This document shows, piece by piece, positions 37,523-49,848 of a stretch of DNA of 64,000 nucleotides. Each line of letters starts with the position of its first letter. Position 1 is the stretch's first letter. The notes below the pieces were generated by a model. It had not been told where the DNA came from and searched no databases. It saw nothing but the letters and a program-made list of their open reading frames with translations. The stretch covers positions 67,272,001-67,336,000 of the forward strand of contig NC_045697.1 in assembly GCF_009834535.1 (NCBI RefSeq), given 5' to 3'. The translations under genes were made by a program, and so were the position numbers. Source of the stretch: Camelus ferus. Lineage: Eukaryota.

Positions 37523-39589
37523 TTCACTATGTTTAAATAAAGTTAAAAGCCATGTTTAGGGTTGTGTGAAAAGCCACAACTCTTCCATTAAACTCCTATA
37601 CCTAGTACTTTTCCGAAATGGTAAACCTGATACAAATAAGACCAGGAAAATTGTTTTTGATGCATTTTAGCTTTGCATCAGAAAATATTGAAATAAGAAC
37701 TTAAGACAAATTGTTTCCTCGGAAAGCTATAGTAGCTTTTTCCCCCTCACAAAATTCATCAGCTTTTGAAGAGGAATAAGTCATTCACTTGAAAGCAGAG
37801 GTCATATCAGAAAAAAAGACAATACATGCATGACTGACAAAATCTTCTCATTCATAAGGAAATTTTTATTTAAATTTCAAATCAGTAGTAAACCCTATCT
37901 GAACACTTTTTGACCAGGAAATAAAATGAACTCTGTATTTCTATGGATATAGTTTGTGAAGCATAATATATGATAGATGTTATCTTTCTTATGCCCTTGC
38001 TTACACTAGAAAGTGCAGTAGGTCATGAGAAAGTACAGCACAATTCATAATGTTTAATTCACTTTGATAGTACTCATAATTCTGTATGGAGCCAAGTAAG
38101 TAATCCTTGAACCCAATTAAAATAACTTCATTATCCTTAAACCCTCATAGTACATACCAGGAAATATTTTTTGATGGTTAAAAACAAGCTTTAATATAAG
38201 TTGTTAGCAAACAAGTGTAAATCATACTGAATCACAGAAATTAACTTTATTTTCAAGGATGGGGCAGGATTGATGTCACTTTAACTTTTTATAACTAGCA
38301 TGTTTATTTGCAAGATTAGCTAGCCATCTTTGATTATTTTTATATTATACAACTGGTTTGGGAAAATACTTGTAAAATACATCATACAAAACTGTAGTTA
38401 GTAGATCATTTGGGAAATAAAAAGCATATTGGAAATGAAGGTTATTGATATTTTCAGTCTGAAAGTAACTTCGAATTAAGCTCTCTGGACAAAAGTTGAT
38501 GTTGCAGAAGCACAAGAAAGGTTATTTTAATATTTTCAAGTTCTGGGTATTGAACTTTTATACATCAGATAATTATATTTTTCACTTTCAGTCCAGTGTT
38601 TGGCATTGTGCATTTGTTGCCATCCTGGAAAAACCTTTGATGCGACAACAGATTATATACTTTGGACAACATATTTTCCTTTGGATTACATCAAATCCAC
38701 ATGACTACCAACTCTCTAATTACAAATACAGCATGTCATTGCAGAATAATAAAATGACTTGTTGGATGTGTTTTGAAGGTACAGAACCATAAATAGCATG
38801 TGTTTCCCACACTCAAGTTCTTAATCATAATCAGGCAAATAGAACGCAAAATACCTCATTTACTGATTCAGTGAATATTGGCTGACTTGGCTTATATCTG
38901 AAGGTAAGAGTGCTTCTTAATAAATTCAACCCCAAGTTAGATGGGAGTCTTCCCATAGTGACAGACATCCTAGAGGAACAGAGTAGAGCAAAATTGTCCT
39001 TGGTATGAGTCTGTTCTCCTAAGAGAAAGAGAAACAGAGGAATGGGATTTTAAGTACCCAGTTTCTCCTCCCACGCTTACTAGTTAGAAAAATCATTCCA
39101 CCTGAGATGGAGTCAGAATATGATTAGAGAGGACAAGAATGTTAGCCAGTGGGCAATCCTTCCACATGCAAGGAAACATCAGGAGTAGGTAAGCAAGCTA
39201 ACACTTGCTTCACCTAAAACATCTCTTGGATATGGGATAATGGAGGCAAAAAGGAATGGTGCTCAGTAGACAAGGAATCTGTGACCAAGGTTGCTACTTT
39301 AATCAATACTTATCAAGTAGTTGCCATGTGCAATGAACAGAGCTTTATACAGATGTTTGTAAAGAGGTTGAGCTCAATAAAAATGTTTAATGAAAGAATG
39401 ATACAAGCTCCAACTATACATTAAAATCAAAGTCAAGAGTTAATTAAATTAATCGGTGCCACAGTTCTAATCATATTTGTTTAGGGTTTAGAAAGAGAAA
39501 AAACAAGTAATATTCAGAGCTCCAAGTTGCCCTGTCATATATTTAGTATCTTTATTTCTTTTGTGGTACATCAGAAAAAAATGGCCTCA

Positions 39590-40000
39590 ATTCTTCCCTG
39601 CATCAATTATTCATGATCTTTTTAATCTAGCTTTGCATTGTTCTGGGATTGGCCATGTGACTTGTTTGGGTCAGTAGGATATAGCAAACATGACTAAGAA
39701 GAAGCTGGAAAAGTGCTTGAATAAATAGGCTTGCCCTCTCTCTTGCCTTGCTGCCAGCATCAGGCCTGGTCTACAGCCTGCTGGAGTATAAGAGACATGT
39801 AGTAGAGTTGATTTATTCCAGTCGTCCATCTGAGGCCTGCCTAGGTAAGCCCAAAGCCGATAAAGTGAATGCAGCAAAGTGCAGCAAATACAACTAGAAA
39901 GTAACACAGGCACTTGGACATTGAAAGCTTACTGTAATTTGCCAATGAGGTTTTATGCTTCTTATATATAGCATTATGGTGGCAATAGATAAATGGTACA
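39590..40000 (+). mobile_element. MaLR MLT1 LTR
   Basis: ggccatgtgacttgtttggg...gcagcattat-type end gcattatggtggcaatagataaatggtaca. Confidence 0.75.
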
Positions 40001-40599
40001 GCTTCTTTCCATTCTACCCCCCATCCATTTCTCTGTGTCTCTTTCCTGCAATCTGTCTCTTCTTTCCTTCCTTCAATGATGAATCAAAACGTATTCATCA
40101 TTTTCTGTGTGCCAGGCACTATGTAAAGAATTGGAGATGCAAGGATAATGAGGCACTAACCCAATCACTTTATCCTCACCTCTCTACAATTCATACTCTT
40201 TTATGACTACCAAAGACAATAGGCTATAAAATTAAGTGACTATCTGCAGCCAAGTATAATTTGGCTAATTTTTGAATTCAAAGCCCTTTGAGCATCTAAG
40301 TGAAGGTAAATAATAGACAGTGCTTAGTCATTACTTTTATTGTTAGCTCTAGCCTCATGTCTTAAAGTCTGGGCATAAAGCCACGTGCTGATCTGTAAGG
40401 TTGTTGGTATCCAAAATGCCAGGAAAAAAACAGATCAAGTGGAGTATACTTTAATCACAGGAGTTTCCTAAGAGAAAATATATACTAGTGGGACTATATA
40501 TGATGTGATGATATAACTATCAATATTAAAAGTCATACTTTAAATTACCTTAAAAAATCTAAAACATACAGATTTATACTTTAATTAAAAATTTTATTA

Positions 40600-42180
40600 A
40601 GAAAAACTCCATATATATTATATGCCTGTTTAACCAGACTCAACAAATATCAACTCAAGGCCAGTTTTTTTTCGTCTATATCCACACTCATCTTCCTAGA
40701 TTTCATTTTGAAGCAAATCCCAATCAACATATTATTTTATTTATAAATAGTCAGTACAGATATCTAAAAGATAAAGTCTTTAAAAAACGGTGATACCATT
40801 ATCACCCTAATAGAATAATACCTCTCAATATTAGTGAATTTTATAGTCCATGTTCAAATATTGGCAGTTGTCTCATAAAAGTATTCAAATCAAGAGCCAA
40901 ATAAATTTCACACATGGTAATTGGTAGACAGATCTCTTAAGTCTCTTATTTTTAAAAGATTAATCATCCCCCCCCTTTTTCCCCTTGCAATTTACATTTT
41001 GAAGAAAAAAGAATCATTTGTTTGAGATCACAACAATTTGAATTTTGCTGTGGAATCACATAACATATTTCTCTGACTTGTACTTCCTGAAATGCAGAAG
41101 TTAGATCTATGGGCCTAATCATATTTGGGAAAGATTTTCTTGCAAAAATACTTCAGAATTAGTTTTCCGTATTTCCATTAGGAAGCACTGATACTTCTCT
41201 TTCCAAATCTATTATCTAAATCCATTAATTCATTAAAGACTGCTAATTGATGATACTCTAATTATATCTCTTTCACTACATCGTCCAAAGGTAAACATTG
41301 AGTTTTCTTTTCTACTTTTTGTTCTTTTTCCTCGTCTTTGTTGTTTCTTATTTTTTAAAAGAACATTAATGACTATAGATTTAAATATATTTGATTTATT
41401 TTTAATTCATTATTCAGTGAGAGATGCTTCAATTTGCCTACTGAGTTCTTTTAATTAAACCTCAGTTGTCTTTGATGGCTTCTTTTGCTTTCTGGTTGAC
41501 AAAATGTTCCAGACTCATCTTGTACATCCCCACCTCGAAAATTAGAAGCAAGTACTTCTTCAAGGATCACCTGGTTTCTTTGTTTGGGAAATGATATTTA
41601 GAGACTACAGTTTGAACACTAGTGGCATCATGAAACTAAGCTCATCGTAGTTTCTAGGTCTTTTCAGTGGAAGAACTAGCAAATGCATATATAATGCTTA
41701 ATAAGTTTATTCACTTTGAATTCAAATTTAGGGTCAATTAGATCAGAAATATAAAAATTACTGTTGACCTTGTATCTGCATCACCTATCAACCAATGCTG
41801 AAAATTCATGTCCCCAATGACTCCAATATAATTATTCATTGACTTTTTTCTACAATACACATAAAACACTATCACCACTACCAGAAAAACTCTTATCAGA
41901 AAAACACTGTTAGTACTAGCACCAAAAACATGATCACACCAAAAAAGTTGAAATTACTTTTTCAGTTATTTTTGTGTTTAGAATATATCTAACTAAGAAT
42001 ATGTAGTCAAATTTTATGTTTAGTTATTTGAAATAGTTCCTCTTTTTGGTTATGCCAGCACCCCAATAAATAACTGGAATGTGTGACTATTTAAAATTTA
42101 GCTTTAGATTTTGAAATATTTCTGTGCTGTTTAAATCTTTCATCATTATTTAGAGTATTTTCATTATTGTAAATTCAAAA
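40600..42180 (-). mobile_element. Old L1M (L1MC/ME-like) 3' region
   Basis: ttttgaagcaaatccc, caaaatgttccagactcatcttgtacat, tgatatttagagactaca. Confidence 0.7.
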
Positions 42181-42192
42181 TCACAAACAAAT

Positions 42193-42410
42193 TGTAGTAA
42201 CCAGTCTCCAAAGTGGCCCTCAATTATCTTTGCCTCCTGATATTCATGCCCTTGTACAATTCCTTTTCACACCAAATCAGGCTAATCAGTATGACCAATA
42301 ATGTACTTTTGAAGTGATGATGTGTGACTTCTAAGGATAGGTCATAAAAGACACTGTGGCTTCAGCCATCATCTTTGAATCACTCATGGGGGGAAACCAG
42401 CCACTATGTC
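42193..42410 (+). mobile_element. MaLR MLT1 LTR, 5' part
   Basis: tgtagtaaccagtctccaaagtggccctcaa...cctcctgatattcatgcccttgt...gtgtgacttctaagg. Confidence 0.75.
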
Positions 42411-42414
42411 TAAT

Positions 42415-43560
42415 GTATTTCTCTATACTTTATTAAATGGTGCATCCTTTGGGCCCTCTCAAAGAATTGAGTGTTGAGTGTACAATTACATGTACTTCCA
42501 CATCTGTGTATTCTTAAGCCTTCAGATTCCTCCTTCTACATTATGCTAAAGAAAATTAATTTTATTGAATATAGGCTTCTCTCAAATCTATGTTTTAGTT
42601 TAAAGGAAACTGCTGGAGCTGCTTATATTGCTGGAGCCATCACCTTAAATCCAGAATCTGTGATAAGTGCATCCATAATAATTTGGCTTGATCAAAAATT
42701 ATATTCTGTCCTTCGTGGTTTAACACTCGTAGAATTCATTACTACATATATTCCCAAAGTTTCTGGCAATACAAATTAACAAAACATTGAAATTCTTTTG
42801 GAGTGTAAATGGTCCTCTTCTTGGTTAGACTTCATTCTTGTTTCCATCAAGCCTGCTGATATCTGGCACTAAATATAGATCTAGAGGCAGTAGTGGGTGG
42901 TTTGGGTGGTTGTTAAGGTGCCCAGCATCTCCTTACCATGCAGCTGCCTCTGTAAGTTTATTATGTGGTCTTTAAGCAAGGGAGCGCTGGTTTCCTTAGG
43001 CATGCGAAGAGGGGACACTTTAGCTGGTAAAGGAGACTTAGGAAAACTAGAAGGCTCAAGATCATTCAGGTTCACCCATGTGGTCTCATTCCAGATCACA
43101 GGGTCCCATTATTTCCAGTCAATGTGCTAACTTTCACTTGGTGAATCTGTAAAAGCATTCTACTTCTTTAACTTGCACAGTTAAACACGCTTGGCCCTGT
43201 TGGCTTTAAGAGATCAGTGATTCCATTGGGTCTGTCGTAGAATCTTTCTTGTTCTTTGTGACTTGAATAGAAAGTTTAATGTCCCAATCTTGTCATCTAC
43301 AAAAAGCTCTCCAGTGCAATAAGAAATATCCATCCTTCCTCACAGCTTTTAAAGTGACCATTACCACCACTTTACAATTGTAAAGTGCAACAACCATTTG
43401 ACTTGTCAAGGTACTTACTCCCAGTAGGCACTATGTCACGAAAACAACTGCTTACAATTTAATTTACCATGATGACTCTGGGTGCTGTGAGTTGCTAGGA
43501 TCTTATTTCATATTGACAGGGAATCTAACCTGCATTAAAAACACTGCCAACTAACCCAAG
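42415..43560 (-). mobile_element. ERVL internal fragment, gag region, decayed
   Basis: Minus translation ~42640-42830 reads YTPKEFQCFVNLYCQKLWEY...ILRVLNHEGQNIIFDQAK..MDALITDSGFKV, matching ERVL gag YTPKELLEFSNLYRQKSGE..WEWILRVWDNGGRNIKLDQAEFIDMGPLSRDSAFNV. Confidence 0.85.
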
Positions 43561-43564
43561 AATC

Positions 43565-44106
43565 TTCTCAGTTAAGATTTATACAGGAATAGAGCAACTG
43601 AACTAGGTATTTCAACAGACGGAATTTAATAACTAAGTTTATTACACAGATGTTGGAAGTCTGAATCAGAAACAGGGAACAGCTGGGTAATATGATGATA
43701 ATAACTGCAGAAAAAAAGGACATTTTCAAGTAAGAAGTTGAGATTATCAATACATAGATAATTAATGGAAAGAGTTATGTAGCTGTAATTCAGAATTTCT
43801 TACAGGAGGCCTGCCCAGCTGCCAAGGATAATGGTGACTGGGGAAAATGGAGCAGTTCTGAGAATGCTCAAGGCGGTCAGAGGCTGGAACTAACTCCCGC
43901 TGTTGTGGTGAAATGTCTTGACTCAGCATTTCTATCAGGAACAATAAGAAGAGAGGAAAAGAATAAACCCATTCTCCTTTTCTCTGCCTTCAATTCCTAC
44001 TATAATACCTCCTACTATTGCCAGAACTTGATGGGTTGCCAATGGGCAGATAGTTTATAGAAAGATAGATTTGAAACTAAAAGTTAATAGATAAGTGACT
44101 GGCATA
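43565..44106 (-). mobile_element. ERVL 5' LTR (LTR33/LTR41 group)
   Basis: Minus strand begins TATGCCAGTCA..., contains GTTCTGGCAATAG and ends ATTAAATTCCGTCTGTTGAAATACCTAG; lies directly upstream of gag. Confidence 0.65.
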
Positions 44107-44754
44107 ATTATTGTTTTTCCAACATTTGTTAGTTGTGTTTTTTGTTTGTTTGTTTTGTTTTGTTTTGTTTTTTGAGGATAGCCATTCTGACAGATAGAGA
44201 AGGGGAGGGTTATGTTCTCTAGCTTCACATCCCTAGGGCTCCTTTCTCTTTTTGTTAACACTAGACATTCAACAGTATAGATTTGTGTTCTTTGAGATCT
44301 ACATCATCTGCTTCTCTCCCTACTGTTACATGGTACTTCTTTTTCTTTTGCACTAGTGTCTCTTCCCTACTCAATGAAGTTCCTCTTTCCAGTGGTTTCT
44401 TTTCAAGTTGGACTGGATCCTTTAAGCCAGCTACAGATGGTTGATATCTAGAGATTATAGGGTCCAAACTACCATGTACTGACCATATTTTCCAATGTTT
44501 CCTTTTATTCACCTGTGAATTTTTGCATACTGATTGAACCCTCTCTATTTGGAAAGAGTATGGTTGACAGTTCCCTTCATGAAGTCTCTGACTCTCTGGG
44601 CTATTGGAAGTCTCTTTGCTTTGCTTCTGAGTCCTCCTTCGTGGTTGCTACTACCACACAGACCTTTTGAAAGTTGTGCTTTAGCCCTATCTTCCTATGT
44701 TATTATCTTAAGGATACACTGTCATTGATGTTGCTGTAGAATTTGTCTGTGGGA

Positions 44755-45236
44755 TTTTTTAAATTGAAGTATAGTTGGTTTACAATATTAGTTTCAGGTG
44801 TTCATCATAGTGATTCAACATTTTTATAGAGTATACTCATTTAAAGCTATTATAAAATGTTGACTATATTTCCTTGTGCTAAACAATATATCATTGCAGC
44901 TTATTTATTTTATATATAGCAGTTTATACTTTTTAATTCTCTACCCCTGTTTTACCTCTCACCCTTTCCTTCTCCCCACTGGTAACTACTAGTTTGTTGT
45001 CTTTATCTGTGAGTCTGTTCCTGTTTGGTTATATTCATTTGTTTGTTTTATTTTTCAGACTCCACTATAGCCGATAATATACAGTTATTTGTCTTTCTCT
45101 GTCTGACTTACTTCACTAAGTATAATACCCTCCAGGCCCATTCATATTGTTACAAATGGCAAAATTTTATTCTTTTTATGGCTGAGCAGTATTCCATTAT
45201 CTGTCTGTCTGACTATCTATATGTATGTGTGTATGT

Positions 45237-45296
<60 letters not shown>

Positions 45297-45710
45297 ATCT
45301 CCACATCTTCTTTATCCACTCATCTGTTAATGGACACTTAGGTTGTTTCCACATCTTGACAATTGTAAATAATGCTACTATGAACATTGGATGCATGTAT
45401 CTTTTCAAATAAATACCCAGGAGTGGAATTGCTGGGTTTTATGGTAGTTATATTTTCAGTTTTTTGAGAAACGTCCATACTGTTTTTCACAGTGACTGCA
45501 CCAATTTATATTCCCAACAACAGTATACAAAGGTTCCATTTTCTCCACATCCCCATCAACATTTGTTAGTTGTGGGGTTTTTTTGAGGATAGCCATTCTG
45601 ACAGGTGTGAGGTGATTTGTATTGTGGTTTTGATTTGCATTTCTCTGATGATTAGCGATGTTGAACATCTTTTCATGTGTCTGTTGGCTATCTGTATGTC
45701 TTCTTTGGGT
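44755..45710 (-). mobile_element. L1 3' portion with internal (TG)n
   Basis: ttttttaaattgaagtatagttggtttacaat; catcttctttatccactcatctgtt; tttgatttgcatttctctgatg. Confidence 0.92.
45221..45296. repeat. (TG)n microsatellite
   Basis: Seen directly. Confidence 0.95.
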
Positions 45711-45714
45711 TTTT

Positions 45715-46720
45715 CTTTTTAATTGTTTTATTTCACATGCCATGCAATTCATCCATTTAAAGTGTACAATTTAATGAGTCTCAACATGTTCACAGTTTTG
45801 CAAACAACACCACAATCAATTTTAGAACTTTTTTATCAACCACGAAAGAAACCTATTAGCAGTCAGTCCCATTAAGTATGATGTTAGCTCTGGAGTTTTC
45901 ATGGATTCCTCTATCAGACTAACAGTATATTTCTGGTTCTAGTTTGTTGAGTGCTTTTTATCATGAATGGGTGTGAGATTTTGTCAAATATGTATCCTGT
46001 ATCTATTGAAATTATCATGTGTTATTTTTGTACTTTTTTTTTTATTAATACAGTGTATTATGTTGACCGATTTTTGTATGTTAAACCAACTTTGCATTTC
46101 TGGGGTAAATCCCACTTGATAATGGTGTATAATCCTCTTTTACATGTTTCTGGATTTGGTTTTCCAGTATTTTGTTGAAGATTTTTCTGTCTATATTCAT
46201 AAAAGATGTTGGTCTGTAGTTTTTAAAATTTGTTTTGTTTTGTTTTTCTTGTGATGTCTTGTTTTGGTATCATGGAAATACTGGCCTAATAGAATGAGTT
46301 GGAAAGCATTTCATCCTTATCTATTTTTGAGAGTTTGGGCTTTGGATTTTCTTTGAAGTGGAAAGGTTTTTAATTATTAATTCCCTTTTCTTGCTATAGG
46401 TCTAGTCATATTTTCTATTTCTTATTGAATCAATTTGGTAGTTTGTGTCCCTCTAGGAATATATCCTTTTTATCTGTGTTACTTAACTTGGTGTACAACT
46501 GTTTGTAGTATCCTGTATAATCTGTTTTATTTTTGTAAAGTTAGTTGTGATGTCCTCTCTTTTATTCTGGATTTTCTTAATTTGAATCTTCTTTCATTTG
46601 TCAGTATAGTTAGGGTGAATCACTTTTGTTGATCTTTTTGATAACCCAATTTTTGGTTTTGTTGATTTTTCTGTATTGTTTTTCTATTCTCTGTTTCATT
46701 CATTTCCAGCATAATTTGTA
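45715..46720 (-). mobile_element. Older L1M fragments (3' end plus ORF2)
   Basis: catttaaagtgtacaatt; attaagtatgatgttagct; gttaaaccaactttgcatttctggggtaaatcccacttg. Confidence 0.85.
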
Positions 46721-47117
46721 TTTCCTTGGCTTGTGGTGGTTCTTGTTTGTTTGTTAATTTTTATCTTGTTATCTTAGTTGTTCTGTTTTTATAGGAGGAT
46801 TTGGGGGCATTTAAAAATAAAAAGGAGCCACTGCCTTTTTGTCTGGGACCAATAGAAGACATTTTAAAACTACAAGGATAAAAAAGCTTGTTTATATATT
46901 TTTATAGCAACACTTTCAGTAATGCATACTTTGTTAATAACTTCCTTGAGTAAAGAAATGTGATGTTATTCATCCATTATTAAAAATGTACAATTTCTTA
47001 GCTGTTACTTATAAAATCAGTGACTATATTCAGGAAGTCAATTTAATCAGTTAGAAATTATTTAATCTCTATGTTTTGTAGGCCTGAGTTTATTAATAAT
47101 TAAACCAGGTTCTGTGT

Positions 47118-47260
47118 ATATTTATATATGTGTACATATGTATACAGACATATGTGCATATATATCCATGTATATTTATATATACATATTATATGAATAC
47201 ATGTATATAATTTCTATTTATATGCAATTATATACATATATAAATAATTTGTATAATTAT
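47118..47260. repeat. TA-rich low-complexity tract
   Basis: Seen directly. Confidence 0.85.
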
Positions 47261-48671
47261 ACAACTGCTCTACTTTTAATGAGACTCTGAGCTCTGGGAA
47301 CCTTGGCCTTTTAAAATGTCACAGAAGGAAACAATGGACTCTAAAACATGTATCGTTAATAATAATAATAAAATAAAAAATTATAAAAATATATAAAAAA
47401 TAAAAATATATACATTGTCTCAGAGTTCTAACTACTTTGAAAATTGGAAGTTAACATGTCCATATTAAGGAAACTGAGGATCAGAGAAGTGAAGATCTTG
47501 TTTGCAGCCTCACAGGAAATAATTGACAGAGCCAAGAATCAGTGTTTATAGGATTTCAAAACTCTTGTCTGCTCTTTTTTTCTATATAGCTCTTTTTTTT
47601 CTATATAGCTCTTCAGTCTCAGTTCAGGATTAGAGATGAAGTACTTTCAAGTACATTTATCGTCCTATTTGAAGAGTAAACACATTTCCCATATTTAATA
47701 GGAGTAGATTGAATTACATATGAGGTAAGCTAATTCGACTCATTCTGTCTGTGTGGAGAAATACAGGCATCTGTGTGGGAAAAACAGGGCAAAGAAATAT
47801 GGTAAAAATAAAAAACTGACGTTGCATCAAGATGTATGTCTATAGGTTTAAATGTCTGGTATGCGTATTCTCTTTCTAACTACTAAAATGTGATTCTTTG
47901 GGCAAAGGTTGCCAGATTATGCCATGTCAAGATGGCTATAGGGCCTTTGAAAGAACAAGTCACTGATATTGACTTGTCAAGCCTTAGAGTAGTCATAAAG
48001 CTTCCACAAACAATCATGAGCAGAAACATAAAGAACCTAGTGATGAGTCACTTCTCCATTCTTGATATGATTAATTACGAAAAGTCATAAGCAATACAGG
48101 AGTGATCACTAAATGGAATAGCCTCAAGGAGAGAGATCCTTTGTCCAAGAAGAGTGGTCTAAGAAGAGGATACAGCACTGAAAACATGAACTATGGTTTG
48201 GATTAGGAAGTGATAAATGAGATCCCTCTGTTCATATTTAGTGGAACCCAGAGGCTATTTGAGGTGGTTAGGAAATGTAACTGCTTCAGGAGATAGACAG
48301 CTGCATGGTAAGAAGGGTACTTTTAAGGTACTTTAGTTGACATAACCTTTCTTTAACTCCTTAGGAGTAACACATTAACTAAATTTTTTAAGTCCTCGGG
48401 TCACCTTTATATCCACAATTTTGTTGTTTCAGTCTCTCTCCAATTCATCCCCCAAGGATTACATATTGACCAATTCTGAAGAAGAAAAAAAAAATTAAAG
48501 TTCAAAAAATTTTCTGTGTGAAATTGTGAAAGACTAATTCACACCTATATTTGCTTGTTGTAATGTAAAAGTTTTAGAATTTTATCATTGTTGGAGAGTG
48601 AGAGAAAGGGGCAGAGGAGGGAGAGAGAGAGGGAGAGAGGAGAGAACAAAAAACCTGTTATCTCTACTTAC

Positions 48672-49110
48672 TGCAAAGATATTTCATTATTGGAATGATG
48701 ACTGAATTTGATTTTTGCTTACGAAGTTTGTTGAGTGTGTGAACTACTGTCATGGCTCTCCCTTTTCCAGCCTTCCTGCCACCACGCTGCCGCCCATGGT
48801 CCTCAAAACCTGGGGCACCTGGGTTTTGCTCCTGGTTTTTTTGTTTCTGCTTTCCTCTGCTGCAGGAGGTTTGCCTGTCTGTCACATTTACTAGATACTG
48901 AGGGACTCTAGTCCAAACTGGGAATAAGGCAGCTCTATCTTGCCTTTTTGAGATTCAAGCTAAAATTGTTGACTAAACTTGTTCTTACTCGGTACACCCT
49001 TTTGACTTCTGAGTTGATGAAAACTGTCGGAGATCTTAGCCTTAAACTGCTCCTTCCACCACCCCCTTTCCTTCTCTCCTTTTCTTCACTTTGCTTCATG
49101 CAGTCCAACC
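48672..49110 (-). other. Candidate first exon or alternative promoter exon (5' boundary unknown)
   Basis: Unique non-repeat sequence with locally raised GC/CpG; donor GCA|gtaagt at 48671 followed by a CT-rich tract; open frame MTVVHTLNKLRKQKSNSVIIPIMKYLC from ATG 48753 runs into the donor in phase 1. Confidence 0.35.
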
Positions 49111-49816
49111 CCTTCAACTACACATGTAACTCTCCTGAAATGTCCTGCTGAATTTTCTGAATTTGCTTCAGCTGTTAATTGAAGCATTAGGACCTTTATA
49201 ACAAACAAATAAACAAACATGTATTTTCCCTTCTTATTTTTGTTCTTATATAGTACAAGGTAGGATACCTTCATCTTTTTATCTGGGGTATATCAAATTA
49301 AAATAAAATAATGAGCCATACTACTTAGATGTGGTTGTAAATTTAAGGAAAAGAAAGATCTAAATGTATGCCAGTCATGGTGTCATGCACATTTCCACAT
49401 GCTTAAAGAAGACTTTTAGCTTTGTGAGCTAACTGTTACATTACAGTAAGCAAGAAGTCAGGGAACTGGATCAGAAGCTGTAGATGTTATTGAACTATTT
49501 ACTGATTTCTATTCTTCATGGATGAATGGAGGAGAAATTATGGTACAAGATGATGAATAAACCTAATAACAGTTTGTTACCTCAAGAAGCCTAAAATTAA
49601 CTACAGAATAGACTTATTCTGAGTGGTCTCATAATTCAGTCAGCAAGATGAAATTTTAACAATAAAATTCAAGTTTTCAGAGCAGATAATTTTCATTCCT
49701 ACCACTGTGTACACTCATACTAACTGAAGATGATGTTGAAGAAAGGATTCATTTTTCATTTGTTCTTCTCTTCCTCATGAGCTTGAATTTAAGATAAGTA
49801 GACATGATTTCTGGCT

Positions 49817-49848
49817 CTGTGTGTGTGTGTGTGTATGTGTGTGTGTGT
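49817..49848. repeat. (TG)n microsatellite within a MIR remnant
   Basis: Seen directly. Confidence 0.9.

Noticed and set aside
38592..38780. Plus-strand coding exon within ORF 38496..38792
   Set aside because: Good acceptor but weak donor (AAG|gtacag), unrecognisable peptide and no partner exons.
1295..44106. The two ERVL pieces as halves of one provirus split by a ~41-kb inversion
   Set aside because: Orientation would fit, but the flanks at the two cut ends (hAT fossil versus MLT1) do not rejoin, and the two LTRs differ substantially.
47571..47613. Tandem duplication gctc(t)nctatata
   Set aside because: Ordinary slippage duplication.
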